Position numbers and translations under genes: made by a program. DNA of 64,000 nucleotides, from NCBI GenBank assembly GCA_965153285.1, contig OZ229110.1; one strand, written 5' to 3'. Of this stretch, positions 1 through 11,199 are shown in pieces. Position 1 is the first letter of the stretch, and the number at the start of each line of letters is the position of its first letter. The stretch comes from Podarcis tiliguerta (taxonomy: Eukaryota). The notes under the pieces were generated by a model. The model was not told where the DNA came from and made no database searches. It saw nothing but the letters and a program-made list of their open reading frames with translations.

Positions 1-1599
1 TCTGAAGAGTTCCCTTTCACACCAGAAGTTCAACTACATGCTATCTAAGGAGGGCAGGGGTTCATCCACTTTCTCATGCACACTACATCTTTAGCCCATG
101 ACCACAACAAGTTTCTGCCCTAATTGCATCAATTGGGGGGGGGGGCTATGCAGGAGTTTTAAACAGGCTCCTCAATAAAGCATTCAAGTGCCAACTTCCT
201 TTGAGGAATTTCCTAACATTTTAAAGAGAAACTCATCATGTCAGGCAACTCCCTGCAACACAGAGCACCACAAACCTATTTGGTTAGTACCATTTATTCT
301 ACTATACAATACTTGCTAATGCAAGTAGTTCCTATTACATGCAAACAGTTATTGCTACTAAAGTTCTATTGATTAAGTCATCTTATGGCTTTATTTGCAT
401 CAGGGATTCTTTCCCCCTACATACTGTGCTATTTTGCATTCCAGTTTCAGAGGTATTTTTCCATCAATTGATTCTCCCAAGCACTAAAAACTATTTCATT
501 CAATGGGAAAGATACATTTCTTTCCAACAGAACCTTGGCTGAGCTCAGGTCCTCACAGCTCATTTGTAAACAACCCACCTTCCCAAATTTCAAGGGAGAA
601 TAGGCAGAGACCTTTAAACATAGATCTCTTGTTTTGTGGTTAATTAAATGTTTCCTATGAATTTTTAGCCAATGGTAAACCAAAACCAGAAATATTTTTT
701 TCCTTACCAAAGTAGCCATTTACAGACAAGACCAAGAAAAAGATGCAGTATCCTCTTTAAGCTACAAGTAGTTGTTTTCTAAACAGAATCACAGCAGTCC
801 AGACGACAGGATCTGCACAGAAAAATCAGGTGCCTGAATTGCTGATCTCACTTATTTGAACTAAAAGCAAATTGATAATATAAGCAGGGAGACATCTTAG
901 TGACCCAAATAGTTGTACTGCAATGATTTAAAAAATTTTAAAACAGCAAACTCCTTCAGGTGCTTTCTATGGAAGTAGAAAAATGAGAATCATTTGCTTT
1001 CAAAAATGAATACTACCAATCTTGAATAGCAGTAGCAGTGTTATTATTTGTAATTTAGTCATTTTTTCAACTTGATAGATGATGTGCTGCTCTAACATAA
1101 GGGTACTTATGAGCAAATATGCAACTAGTGGGTAACTGAATAAAAGTTTATAGGCTCTTCTGAATGGAGAACAGAACATGTTGCGGCAAAGATTAGCCTT
1201 ATGCACACTTAAATCTGTGAAACTTCTTAGTCCAAGAGATCAGTGAATTTTCCCATTGAAGCAAAATATTATTTGCTCAAAAAAGGATTTGTTAAGGACT
1301 GTTTCAATTGTAGTTTCCTTGAAGTGCACTTCTACCTGCTTACAGATTCAAGATCCATGCACTCCTCATGCTACTGATTTTATTCACCAATATATGCTAT
1401 CATTGCCTAGAAAGGACACTGCATCCTTAGCCCATAACCATAATCTTGTCAGTTTCTTACGAATTACACCATCAGCCTTGTTAATTTGTCACTCTGAAAT
1501 TGTAAAAAAAGTACTACTAGGCTCATGCACTGATCCTAACATGGCACTACAGTTTTGCTACAAAGCACTAATGCTTATGGAACTATACACATCTCAAAA

Positions 1600-1625
1600 T
1601 GGAAGACATTGGTGATTTTGTTGTT
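1600..1625 (-). promoter_or_regulatory. Extended miR-7 binding site (TDMD trigger)
   Basis: Plus strand TGGAAGAC-ATTG-GTGATTTTGTTGTT versus miR-7 UGGAAGAC-UA-GUGAUUUUGUUGUU. Nucleotides 1-8 and 11-24 match, with a central 4x2 internal loop. Confidence 0.96.
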
Positions 1626-1688
1626 CTCAAACAACTTGTAACATTTTGTCCACAAGTATTAAAATATATTTATATGTATATATTATAC

Positions 1689-1704
1689 TATTGCACGTGC
1701 CCGG
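1689..1704 (-). promoter_or_regulatory. miR-25/32/92/363 family 8mer site with 3'-supplementary pairing
   Basis: Plus strand TATTGCAC-GTG-CCCGG versus miR-92a UAUUGCAC-UUGU-CCCGG. The transcript carries GTGCAATA (8mer) plus a match to miRNA nt 13-17. Confidence 0.85.
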
Positions 1705-4700
1705 TATTTGTTTTTCATAAGGGAAAGATTTCCTGCCAACATGAACAGATGCAGATCAAAATGTAAAATAAAAAGATTAAGGCAGTATTGCCTTGACACA
1801 GTACTTTTAAGATGCTACAGGAGAAGTACTACAAATGGGTTTCTTGGGCCATGTACAGCACTTGTTTCTCCAAGATTTTAAACTGAGTCCTCATGTAGTC
1901 AGGGGAGCTTGAGGGTAAGGAGATGGGGGAGTTGTTCTTTGCTGGAATTTTGTGCAACTGATATGGCCACTTTCTCTTATATCTATCCTGACAATTTAGG
2001 GAAACTAAACATTTTCACTGTGCCAGCATATTCTTTTACAAATTAAATCTGAGAGAAGTACGTAGGGAAGACAACATAAAGTCTACCGATAGAGAAGCAA
2101 ATCATCACTACACTTGATGTCTTCTGAATTTTCAGTTCCAGAATGAGAGAATGTTTCACTATGAAGCCTAACCCTATATCTAAAATCCCAATAAATTAAA
2201 CAGGAATTCCTGTTCAGAAGAACATAGAAGGAAATCCAACTACTTTTATTTCTGGACTTCTATTTGAATTAGGATTTAAGTATAGTTCAAAGCCAATCTA
2301 AATGATAACCATGACAATTTCCCCCCAGCAAGCTGACCCAAGTCATAAATCTGATTATGTTTAGCAGTTACAAATATTTACCTGTTTAATAATCTATTAA
2401 ACATTCCATTTTAAAAAACTGATTTGAATTAAGGAAAGCATCTGAATAAGCTTTCCTAAGTATTTATGTGAATCTTTTATTATATAAAAGGAACATAAGA
2501 TTAAGTGATGAGCAAATACCAGTATTTAGCTTGGGATGCTTCTTTCAAAACTATTAAATACCCCAAACAGCTGCTGTTTTCCATCACAGGAAATATTGCC
2601 ATTGCTACCTCACACCAGACATCAAGTAGCACTAAAAATGTTGAGAACCAAGACTGACCATTATAACATGCACTCCCATTTTTTTACCCAGATGGAAAAT
2701 ATTTTGAAGCCATTGGCAGATTTTAAACTCACATTTTCAGTAAGACTGAAGGTGCAGTGCTGAGGGCTTCAGCATAAGGAAGTGGGGGAGGCTTTTCTAA
2801 AACCAGGAATCAATCTACCCTCGCAAGGTGTGGCTAATAATCAGCTATTATTCCATGCTAAAGAAAATGTCCTATATGAATCATGTGCAATTGAGACAAA
2901 GCATTTTTTGTAAACATGTTAGAAACAGAATTTCCACCTTAACTTTCAGTGACCCACAGAATTAGTGAAGAAGCCCTTTCTGAGCATGTGTTGTCTTTGT
3001 TCATCCAACTGGTGGGAAATTTCACATATATTTTACACTATCAGTTGGTGCCTTTGGGTAAAAGCTTGGAGAAAGGTATTCTTCCTTTTGTTGCTGAATT
3101 CCCTAGGAAGACAGAGGATACCATGTAAAACCCATTGCTCCTGGGTTTGGTTTCAAGATTTCAACCCCTTGGGAAGGATCTTGCTAGAAAAGCAGCAACT
3201 CACAGGATCACCTCTCCTTTCCAGCAATTATGTAAATTTATATATGCAAGTTTTGTTTTTTAATAGTCTACTCAAAACAGTGAACAAAATTACTAAATGC
3301 TACTGTGCTTCAACTGCTTCACATAATGGCATCAAGATGGACACCTATAAATTGGCTTCTTTTAAAAGGAGAAAAATTCCAACAGGGCAATTTCGCAAGC
3401 TGTTTTTTTCCCTTCTTAAGAAGTTATTCCTCATTTTAAGTACACCTGTATATCCTTTTATTTCTGCACAATATTATCTTTAAAGGTTTGTGTAACAAGT
3501 TCCAAGGATATATCAATTTGCTCACTTCTCTAAATGCTATGTTGCGAGTAGGCAGTTATTTTACCAAGGTAGTTTGAAAGCGGGGAAATGCCAATCAAAT
3601 TAGGGTTGTGCCTCTATCTATATGCAAAATCATTTATAGAGTGCAAAAACTCTGAACAAAAAGTTTGCATGTTTCAGTGAAATGTCAGCCATTAATTTCA
3701 GTTGCTCTGAAAGGACAGTAGTATTTTTTCTATAATACAGGCTTTACATCTCCAATTCATGTTAAGGAGTGGAGCAGAAAATAAGCAGTGCTTCTTCATT
3801 TTCCCTCATGGAGATAAAGGAAGGCGTTTTCTTCACCAGAAGCCGTCAAAGCTCCTTTAGCAGCCTGTGTTGGGTCGACAGGAAAGGACCTGGAAACATA
3901 CACACACAAATTAGCTAATTAAAAGAGAAAATAATTTCACTCTAAATTAAGTTGAAACTGACTTCACATATACATTTTATGGGAACCTTGGAACTTTTAA
4001 AGATTTGGAGGAATTGTTTTACAGGTGAATTACAGTGCCTGTGACACCCCCCCCATGGTATTCCAAGCAGTTCTTATTCTGGGACCCCTCAGGTTTCACA
4101 CACCAAGAACAGATCCCGATTGCTGTGGCCAATGCTATATACAAGCAGTGCTAGAAGTCTACCTGGTACATCATTCAAGCTGTATGAAATAAGCCTTTTT
4201 CAGGGATAAATGCTAATTAATTCAAATATTGCAATGGAATAAAAAGATTGCCAGAGGAAGAAAACTTCAGAGAATAAACAGAAACTGTGAGCAGTTGGTG
4301 AGTGTTTCATAATTTCAATACAGCACACTTAGACTATGAGTCGGTTTCATGTCATGAGGGGAAATGGGAGACCCAGGTTCCTTCCCCCCTAGTTGGATGA
4401 CTCCAGAGAGGGTTGGCAGATTCATCCTCCTAAGATGGAGAAAGGGGGGAGCACAGAAAGGTAGACTGATGGAAGAAAAAAGAAAAAGAAAATCTGGGTT
4501 GCCATTGTCCCATGCATTCATCTAGTGAGAGAGAGTGATAACTGTCAACCTGCAGTCCAGCTGGCAGGAAGTGAATTTGGAGAGACGTTGCCGAGCCCAC
4601 TTAGGTAACCGAGCAGGGCAGTGTAAACACATCCAAGACTCCACTTCTCCTCTGCTGGAAAAACACTTTCAAGTGGGTAGTGGAAAACACCCAGATACTT

Positions 4701-5521
4701 TTATCCAACTTTATACATTTATAGATTTCTATCCAAGGACCTGAAATAATTTCTGTCAATTCAGCTTAACACCACCTTTCCGTATTTACTTACTGTTGCA
4801 TAAGACTACTGTAATTTTCTGACTCCTGATTCTTTGACTGCAACCACAAGAATGTTTTCCCCTGTGTAAGAAAAGATTGAGAGCTTTTAAAAATCATACA
4901 TCAGTCAAGCAATATCATAAAAAGCTAACTTTCATGTGTGGTGTCTTTATTTTGGAAGGGGTTATTTATAGTTATTGGTTTTATTTTTATTTTTTTAATA
5001 AATATTTTATTAGGTTTTACAATAAGTATAAAGCAACAAAAAGTGAAACATAACACACCAAACAGTAGAAAAATACAATAACATACAAACACAAAACAAC
5101 AAAAAATATGAAAAAGAAAAATAGAAAAAGAAATAAAAACAATTTTTATCCTCATTATATTCTTTGCATTAACTTGTTTCTCCGACCTCCCCAGACCTTC
5201 CTTCTCTGTATTCCAGATCATATATTCTATCAGCAAATTCCTTCCATCTGTCTTAATTTAATTTTGTCATAATTTTAATATCTTAATATAATTACATTTC
5301 CTTATATCTTGAAATATTTAATCTTTTTTGATCTTTAAACTTTTTACTAATAACTATAGTTATTGGTTTTAGAACTGCATGAGAAGGGAGTTGTCAACAA
5401 AACTACTAAGTTTCTTATTAAAACCCCAAATGGTATGCTCTCATCTGAACCAAGAACAGTAAGCCCGCAACTTACCTGGAGGTTATGTTCCAGGAATTGC
5501 GCCTAAAGTCAAAACCATGTA

Positions 5522-5877
5522 CAGTGGTGCCTCGCAAGACGGAAAACCCGCAAGACGAAAGGGTTTTCCGTTTGCAGAGGCGCTTCGCAAGACAAATTTC
5601 CCTATGGGCTTGCTTCGCAAGACGAAAATTGACGAAAAATTTTGATTTTTTTTTCCCCCCCGCTCCAAAACCCCTTTTTCTGAAGCGCTAAGCTGCTAAA
5701 AGCATTTTAACAGCAAAACCGCTAATCCCCTAAGCCTTAAAAAGCCGTTTTTAGCCCTTAAAATGTCAATAGCGCTAATAGCGCTAATCCGTCAATGGGC
5801 TTGCTTCGCAAGATGAAAAAACCGCAAGACGAAAAGACTCGCGGAACGGATTCTTTTCGTCTTGCGAGGCACCACTG
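5522..5877. mobile_element. Tc1/mariner (Tigger-like) MITE nested in an older MITE (~5458-6017)
   Basis: TIRs CAGTGGTGCCTCGCAAGACG / CGTCTTGCGAGGCACCACTG; TA target duplication; close copy at 45075-45432. Confidence 0.9.
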
Positions 5878-6097
5878 TATAGTCAAAACACATTGGGTGC
5901 AATTGCCAAAGTCTTTTTTCCTGGATGTGCACCTCCGTTTACTTATTTTTATTATTTTGCCAAGTGGTAAAGCTTAATGCGCAGTAGTTAAATGTGTGTA
6001 AGTTGCAGGCTTAACGTATAACATAAACACTATTCCTAGGATGCTAGGCAGCAAACGGCTTTCATATTATCCAAAGAAGGGTTAAACCAACACTTAC

Positions 6098-6200
6098 CTT
6101 TTGCTTTATGGCTGCATAAATTATAACCAGGAACTCTTGCCTTTAGCTTTCTGATAATTTTCTTATTCTGACTGCCAATCAAGATGGTGCATGCATGGAC
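6098..6200 (-). ncRNA. OIP5-AS1: Cyrano predicted exon 2 (103 nt)
   Basis: Polypyrimidine tract plus CTAG acceptor, and a consensus AG|GTAAGT donor, in non-repeat sequence between two transposons. Confidence 0.6.
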
Positions 6201-8584
6201 CTAGGCACACAACAGGAAAGGAACTCAAGTTCAGGCCACAGGAAAAAAATGTATCACATGTTGCTCTTCTTAGCCAAAGATACTGGGTTTCCTAGTATTG
6301 AAAAAAGTATCCACCCAGGGCTTTTCTTCCAGGAAGATGTGCTGGAACTTGTTGAGCTTTTCTTAGGGGAGTGCCCAGCCAAAGTTGGTGACCATTTGGG
6401 GGGTAGGGGCTCTCTTCTTTGCCCACTCACCCCACTGCCACTGCGCCGCACCGGAGACTGTGCCACTCACAGCCTCAGTTGCTCAACATGGAGTGCAGTG
6501 CTACCTGCAGCCTCTGGTGCGCAGCCCTGAGCAATGTGCCCCTGTGCTGCAATGCTACAGAGGTGCTGGAACGCACCAAAGAGGTGCCAGAACCCATATA
6601 AATCATGATGACAATGCACAGTCTGCTAGTATAACAGACAATGTCCTTTCAAGATGAGGCATGAAATTATCTCCTAAGTTTTGTCTTAAGGAATAAATAG
6701 AAGTGCTCATTGTAATCAATGGGATTATGTAGATGCAATGCTAACTATGCCACAAGAAGCTGACTTGCACACTCCTGTTCTCATCCTGCCCCTGGCAAAT
6801 GTGACACAACCAGAAGCTTCTAATCATGATTAGTGGCAAACCATGATTTACAACAGTCTCTAAAACCCAACAAGTATGCACACCACTTCTGAAATGTACA
6901 GCATCTAAAAGGTACAGGCGAATCCCAAACGCTTGGGGACATGTGCACAGGAGCTACCAATTGATTTTGCCTTCCTGGTACCTTTCCACTGTTTGCTTGG
7001 AGTTACAATTCCTTCTTTGGACCTTGTCTTGATTGCTCCATACAGTGGTAGCGGGCTGTGTATTGCATCAAAGAGCTCTTATCTTCAAGCCAATGCATTT
7101 AACATCAGGGTATAATTCATCAAGATCATATTTGCCTAGCCTTCACTGAGCAGTCAGAAATGCAATACTCAAATGAATACATTTTTCATTCAGAGCCTCT
7201 GCATTTCTTCAACAGCTTATAACAGTGCAGTCATAACTAAAGAAGCACAAAGGGTTACATTTCCCTCCAATTACTATCTAATCAAGTAATATGCAATTCT
7301 CGGGGAAAGGATGGAGTGTTTCAAATAGAGACGATCAGAAAATCTGCAGTTTCTAATTAAATTTCAAAGGGAAGGACTACACTCGGGTCTTAAGAATGCA
7401 AAGCTGACAAGTCTAGCAGTAGAATGATGGATCACCTGTGAGCAGGGGTGCTCATCATACAATTAAACACACACATATACCCGGTACACACAAACAGCAG
7501 CATTCTGGTGCTTATTCACTTTCTGCAATACACAATATTTTTAAAGGCAAAGAAGTGTGAGCACCTTTAGAAATTTCTAGCCATTTAAGATGGTCTTTAA
7601 ATTCTCATACCATCTTGCACTCTGAAATTTCATTTTAAAAATCAAACCGCATTAACTACTCAAGAAATTTTAAAAGCATATTTAAATTCTCTGACAATTC
7701 TCATGATAAATTACAGTAACTGAAATGCTGAGCTACTTAACTAATAAGAAAGTAGGAAGGGGAGAGTGGGAGAACTTGGCTGCTATATGTACTACTTTCA
7801 GTTCTACTCACCTCTCCACATATCTGAGAGTATTTTCATAACAAAATAATGCAAGATTTTCCAGTGACATGATGGAATTATACCCAACTCACATGAAAAC
7901 CCTTGGAAGGTGAAGATGCAAGTCAAGGTATTGAAACTGTAATGCAAGATTTAAAAATAGGTTTGTGTTTTTGAAATCACTGCTACATTCACAAAGCAGG
8001 TTGTCTACTCACCCAATTAATAATATAAATCCCCTTCACCCTGAACAGCAACACTCAAATGTTTAATGCATTAATACATTATCATGATGCTAACATGGCA
8101 TTATGTAAAGCTTGGAGGAAGGGGGTGCCCAGGACTATTTTGTGATGCAAATCAATTTCCCAGAACAGTGGTTCTTCATTTACAGAATTTTGTCATCAAT
8201 AAGACTAAGGCCAAAAAAGAATCTGAAACTCTATCTCCCTACTCCATTCAGCAAAATATAAACTGGAAGCTATGTTTTAAAATAATCACTTTGCACTGAG
8301 CAGAGCAGGGGAATAGGACACAGTTTAGTCAGCAGCTATAATGATTCTAGTACCAAGCAGTTTTAATCTGCTTTCTTAAAATAGTAAATAAAACCAATGA
8401 AGTGAATGATAGTAAAATGTAATTACTTATAACAGGTACTTTGGCAGTACTCAACAGTAAAGGGCTGTTACAGGAATTGAAATTTCTGTACTTCATCTAA
8501 TTTAAAGCAAGATCTAATAATGGAACAGCACCGCTGAGACTCAAGTGCAATGGCTGCAATATCAGTACAACGTAATATTCCATT

Positions 8585-8887
8585 CTTCTAGATTCAGGTA
8601 GGTAGCTGTGTTGGTCTGACGCAGTCAAAATATATATAAAAAAATTGTCCAGTAGCACCTTAGAGACCAACTAAGTATGTTCTTGGTATAAGCTTTCATG
8701 TGCATGCACACTTCTTCAGATACCTGTTCAAAGATTGTATTTTCCTCAGAAAGTTTGTGGTGTCACTTATGTAGCTAGGATCACTGATGGCATACAGTTT
8801 CAGAACAGAGTCCATATATCCAGAAGTGTGCATGCACATGAAAGCTTATACCAAGAACAAACCCAGTTGGTCTCTAAGGTGCTACTG

Positions 8888-8920
<33 letters not shown>
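8585..8920. mobile_element. Penelope-like element terminal-repeat remnant in inverted arrangement, followed by (TA)n
   Basis: 69-bp inverted arms at 8647-8715 and 8822-8890 (3 mismatches), containing gtagcaccttagagaccaac and a hammerhead-core motif. Confidence 0.75.
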
Positions 8921-8923
<3 letters not shown>

Positions 8924-9566
8924 CGTAATATCCCATTGCCTTGGATCAAGGCCCAATCTCAACGCAGCAACCACCAGCTCTGCAAAATGGTGTCTGTGTC
9001 ATGCCAGCAAAGATGACATGAAGATGGAGATAGACTTAGGAAGAGATCAGCAGTTTTAGAATTTTAGTCCCATTAGTGTCAGAAAGGCCATAAAAATGCA
9101 TTGCTTTGCTTTATAAAATGAATTAGCAATTATCTATCAAATAAGGCAGTTTCAAAGCTGGTATTAATTTTTTCCAGGGGAAATGTCTATATCACTAACA
9201 CCCAGGTTTTTGGGTTGGCAAAATAACAGTTTTTAGTGCTTTCATCTTTTCCATGTATTTCCCAGTGTCCTTGCCAGAAGCTGGGGTGTGTATTTGTGTT
9301 GAGTGCTGGAGCCCAAGGTGACACCCAAATCCAGGCATTCCAGAGCGCAGTGCGGACCAGGGCTGTGCTTGCAGGGCGCCAAGCTGCTGCATCCCCCACA
9401 GCCACCGGAGGGCAGCTGAGAAGGATGCAACTGGCACGAGCTGCCCCACGAGCAGTGCTGGGCCCACAGCGCACCTGAGCCATGGTGTCTTGGGTGCCTG
9501 CAGACACCGTGATGCCCCAAAAAGCACTGTGGAACTGGCCTCTGCCCACTGCCTCCCTCTCAATTA

Positions 9567-9804
9567 CCGTATTTTTTGCTCTATAAGACTTACTTTATAC
9601 CTCCTAAAAAGTAAGGGGGAATGTGTGTGCGTCTTATGGAGCAAATGCAGGCTGCGCAGCTATCCCAGAAGCCAGAACAGCAAGAGGGATTGCTGCTTTC
9701 ACTGCGCAGCGATCCCTCTTGCTGTTCTGGCTTCTGAGATTCAGAATATTTTTTTTCTTGTTTTCCTCCTCCAAAAGGTGTGTCTTATAGAGCAAAAAAT
9801 ACGA
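9567..9804. mobile_element. MITE with CCGTA-type TIRs, nested in a GC-rich DNA-transposon relic (~9280-9989)
   Basis: ccgtattttttgctctataagac ... gtcttatagagcaaaaaatacg, flanked by TA; related element at 38225-38391. Confidence 0.75.
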
Positions 9805-10979
9805 TACCCTCCAGCTGATGGGGAAGCATTGGGCAGACTTTCTGCAGGCTCTGCGCTGCTTGAAAGAGCAACGCGGGCCTGCAGGACGCCTGAGCGGAAC
9901 GTAACACCTCAGGCGCTGGGATTCTGGCTTTGTGCCCTGCTCACCCTGCCCTGCTATGCACGGCGCCCAAGTGGCTAGCTACGCCACTGGCCTGAAGGCA
10001 CTTGGGGGACCTTCAAACAGTGGCACCCAACTGGCTACTCTCCCCATCCACCCTTCTCTTGGGAAAGACAGGTGGAGTACGTTGTGTACCACTGTGTGAA
10101 AGGCTTGCATGCCTTGGCCACATTACCCTCAGGCCCTTCCCTTGGGAGGGTGCTTGATTTGTTGCTTGAAGGTTTGGGACATTTTCAAGCAGTGACAGCA
10201 ACCTGGCATTCTTTCCACTAGTTCTTCCCTTGGGAAAGGCTTGAAAGGGGCTTGGCTCATAGAGAAGGGGGCTGGCAACTACAGTTTTTGACTCTGCCAG
10301 TAAAGCTCGCCAAAAATGATAGACCCTTACTTGGGGCCGTTTGAATTAGACCTCCATTTCTTCACATCTGTCTCTTTTCCATTCAAAGACATTTTGGCAG
10401 CTGTATAAATAGAATCTCCTAAGTATGTAATTAAAAAAAATATATTTCTGCAGTATCTGCTTCAATATGATGCAGCTGCTCTTTGTCTATATAGTAATGG
10501 ATACAGTGCATACAAATTAATGCATTCAAAATGCACTCCAGCCATCTGCTGAAGCTCACCAGCAATTCTACATAAGATCTGCCAGCTTGTTCATAGTGTA
10601 TGTTTCAATGTTTTTTCCAAAGCTAGTCATAATTTATTTCTTTATTGCAGATGGGCTCCTATTTCTTAACTTCTTTAAGAAAACAGCTGATCTGTCACTC
10701 TTGCTTGTATGTGTTACTTATTAAACACAGAATTGTAAGAAGCAAATAAGACCCGGGGTTATTTTTCTTTTAAAAAAAGCAAAATTCACAGAAAAAGTAA
10801 ATAATAATGGAAATAAATATGTCCACTTATACGAGTATGGAAACAGGACAGCAAAAGCCTTCCTGATCCCCACAAAAACATATGGCTTGTTCTATTTCTG
10901 ATACACACAGACACATGAAAGCTGTGAAGTGCAAGACAAGGGAAAATGGGAGCTGAATCAACAAGAGATACAGCTCTCA

Positions 10980-11157
10980 CAGGAGCCAACTCCTGGGGGC
11001 TTCGGACCCCACAATAAAATATTTGAGGGGGCCGGGGCCCCACAAAGTTGACGGGCATCGCCATTCAAATAGCGTGTGGGAAATGCGTCATGTGATCGAT
11101 TATGTGGGGTGGGGCTTACCTGGTCCCCACGATATTTTATTCAAGTTGGAACCCCTG
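10980..11157. mobile_element. hAT-like MITE
   Basis: Imperfect TIRs caggagccaact / agttggaacccctg. Confidence 0.6.
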
Positions 11158-11199
11158 TCAGCTCAAGAAAGAAAATGGGACACATAATCGGCCCTGCGC

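Noticed and set aside
1600-1625. A mir-7 gene (pre-miRNA) on the plus strand
   Set aside because: The match has ATTG in place of TA and there is no complementary star arm to form a pre-miRNA hairpin. It is a target site on the opposite strand.
339-3483. ORFs such as 1256-1615 and 2965-3483 as protein genes
   Set aside because: No recognisable protein family or coding exon structure; several start at non-ATG codons; most are antisense to the lncRNA exon.
4925-5236. Hydrophobic membrane-protein-like ORF
   Set aside because: Translation of an A/T-rich low-complexity stretch, probably a retroelement tail, in the Cyrano intron.
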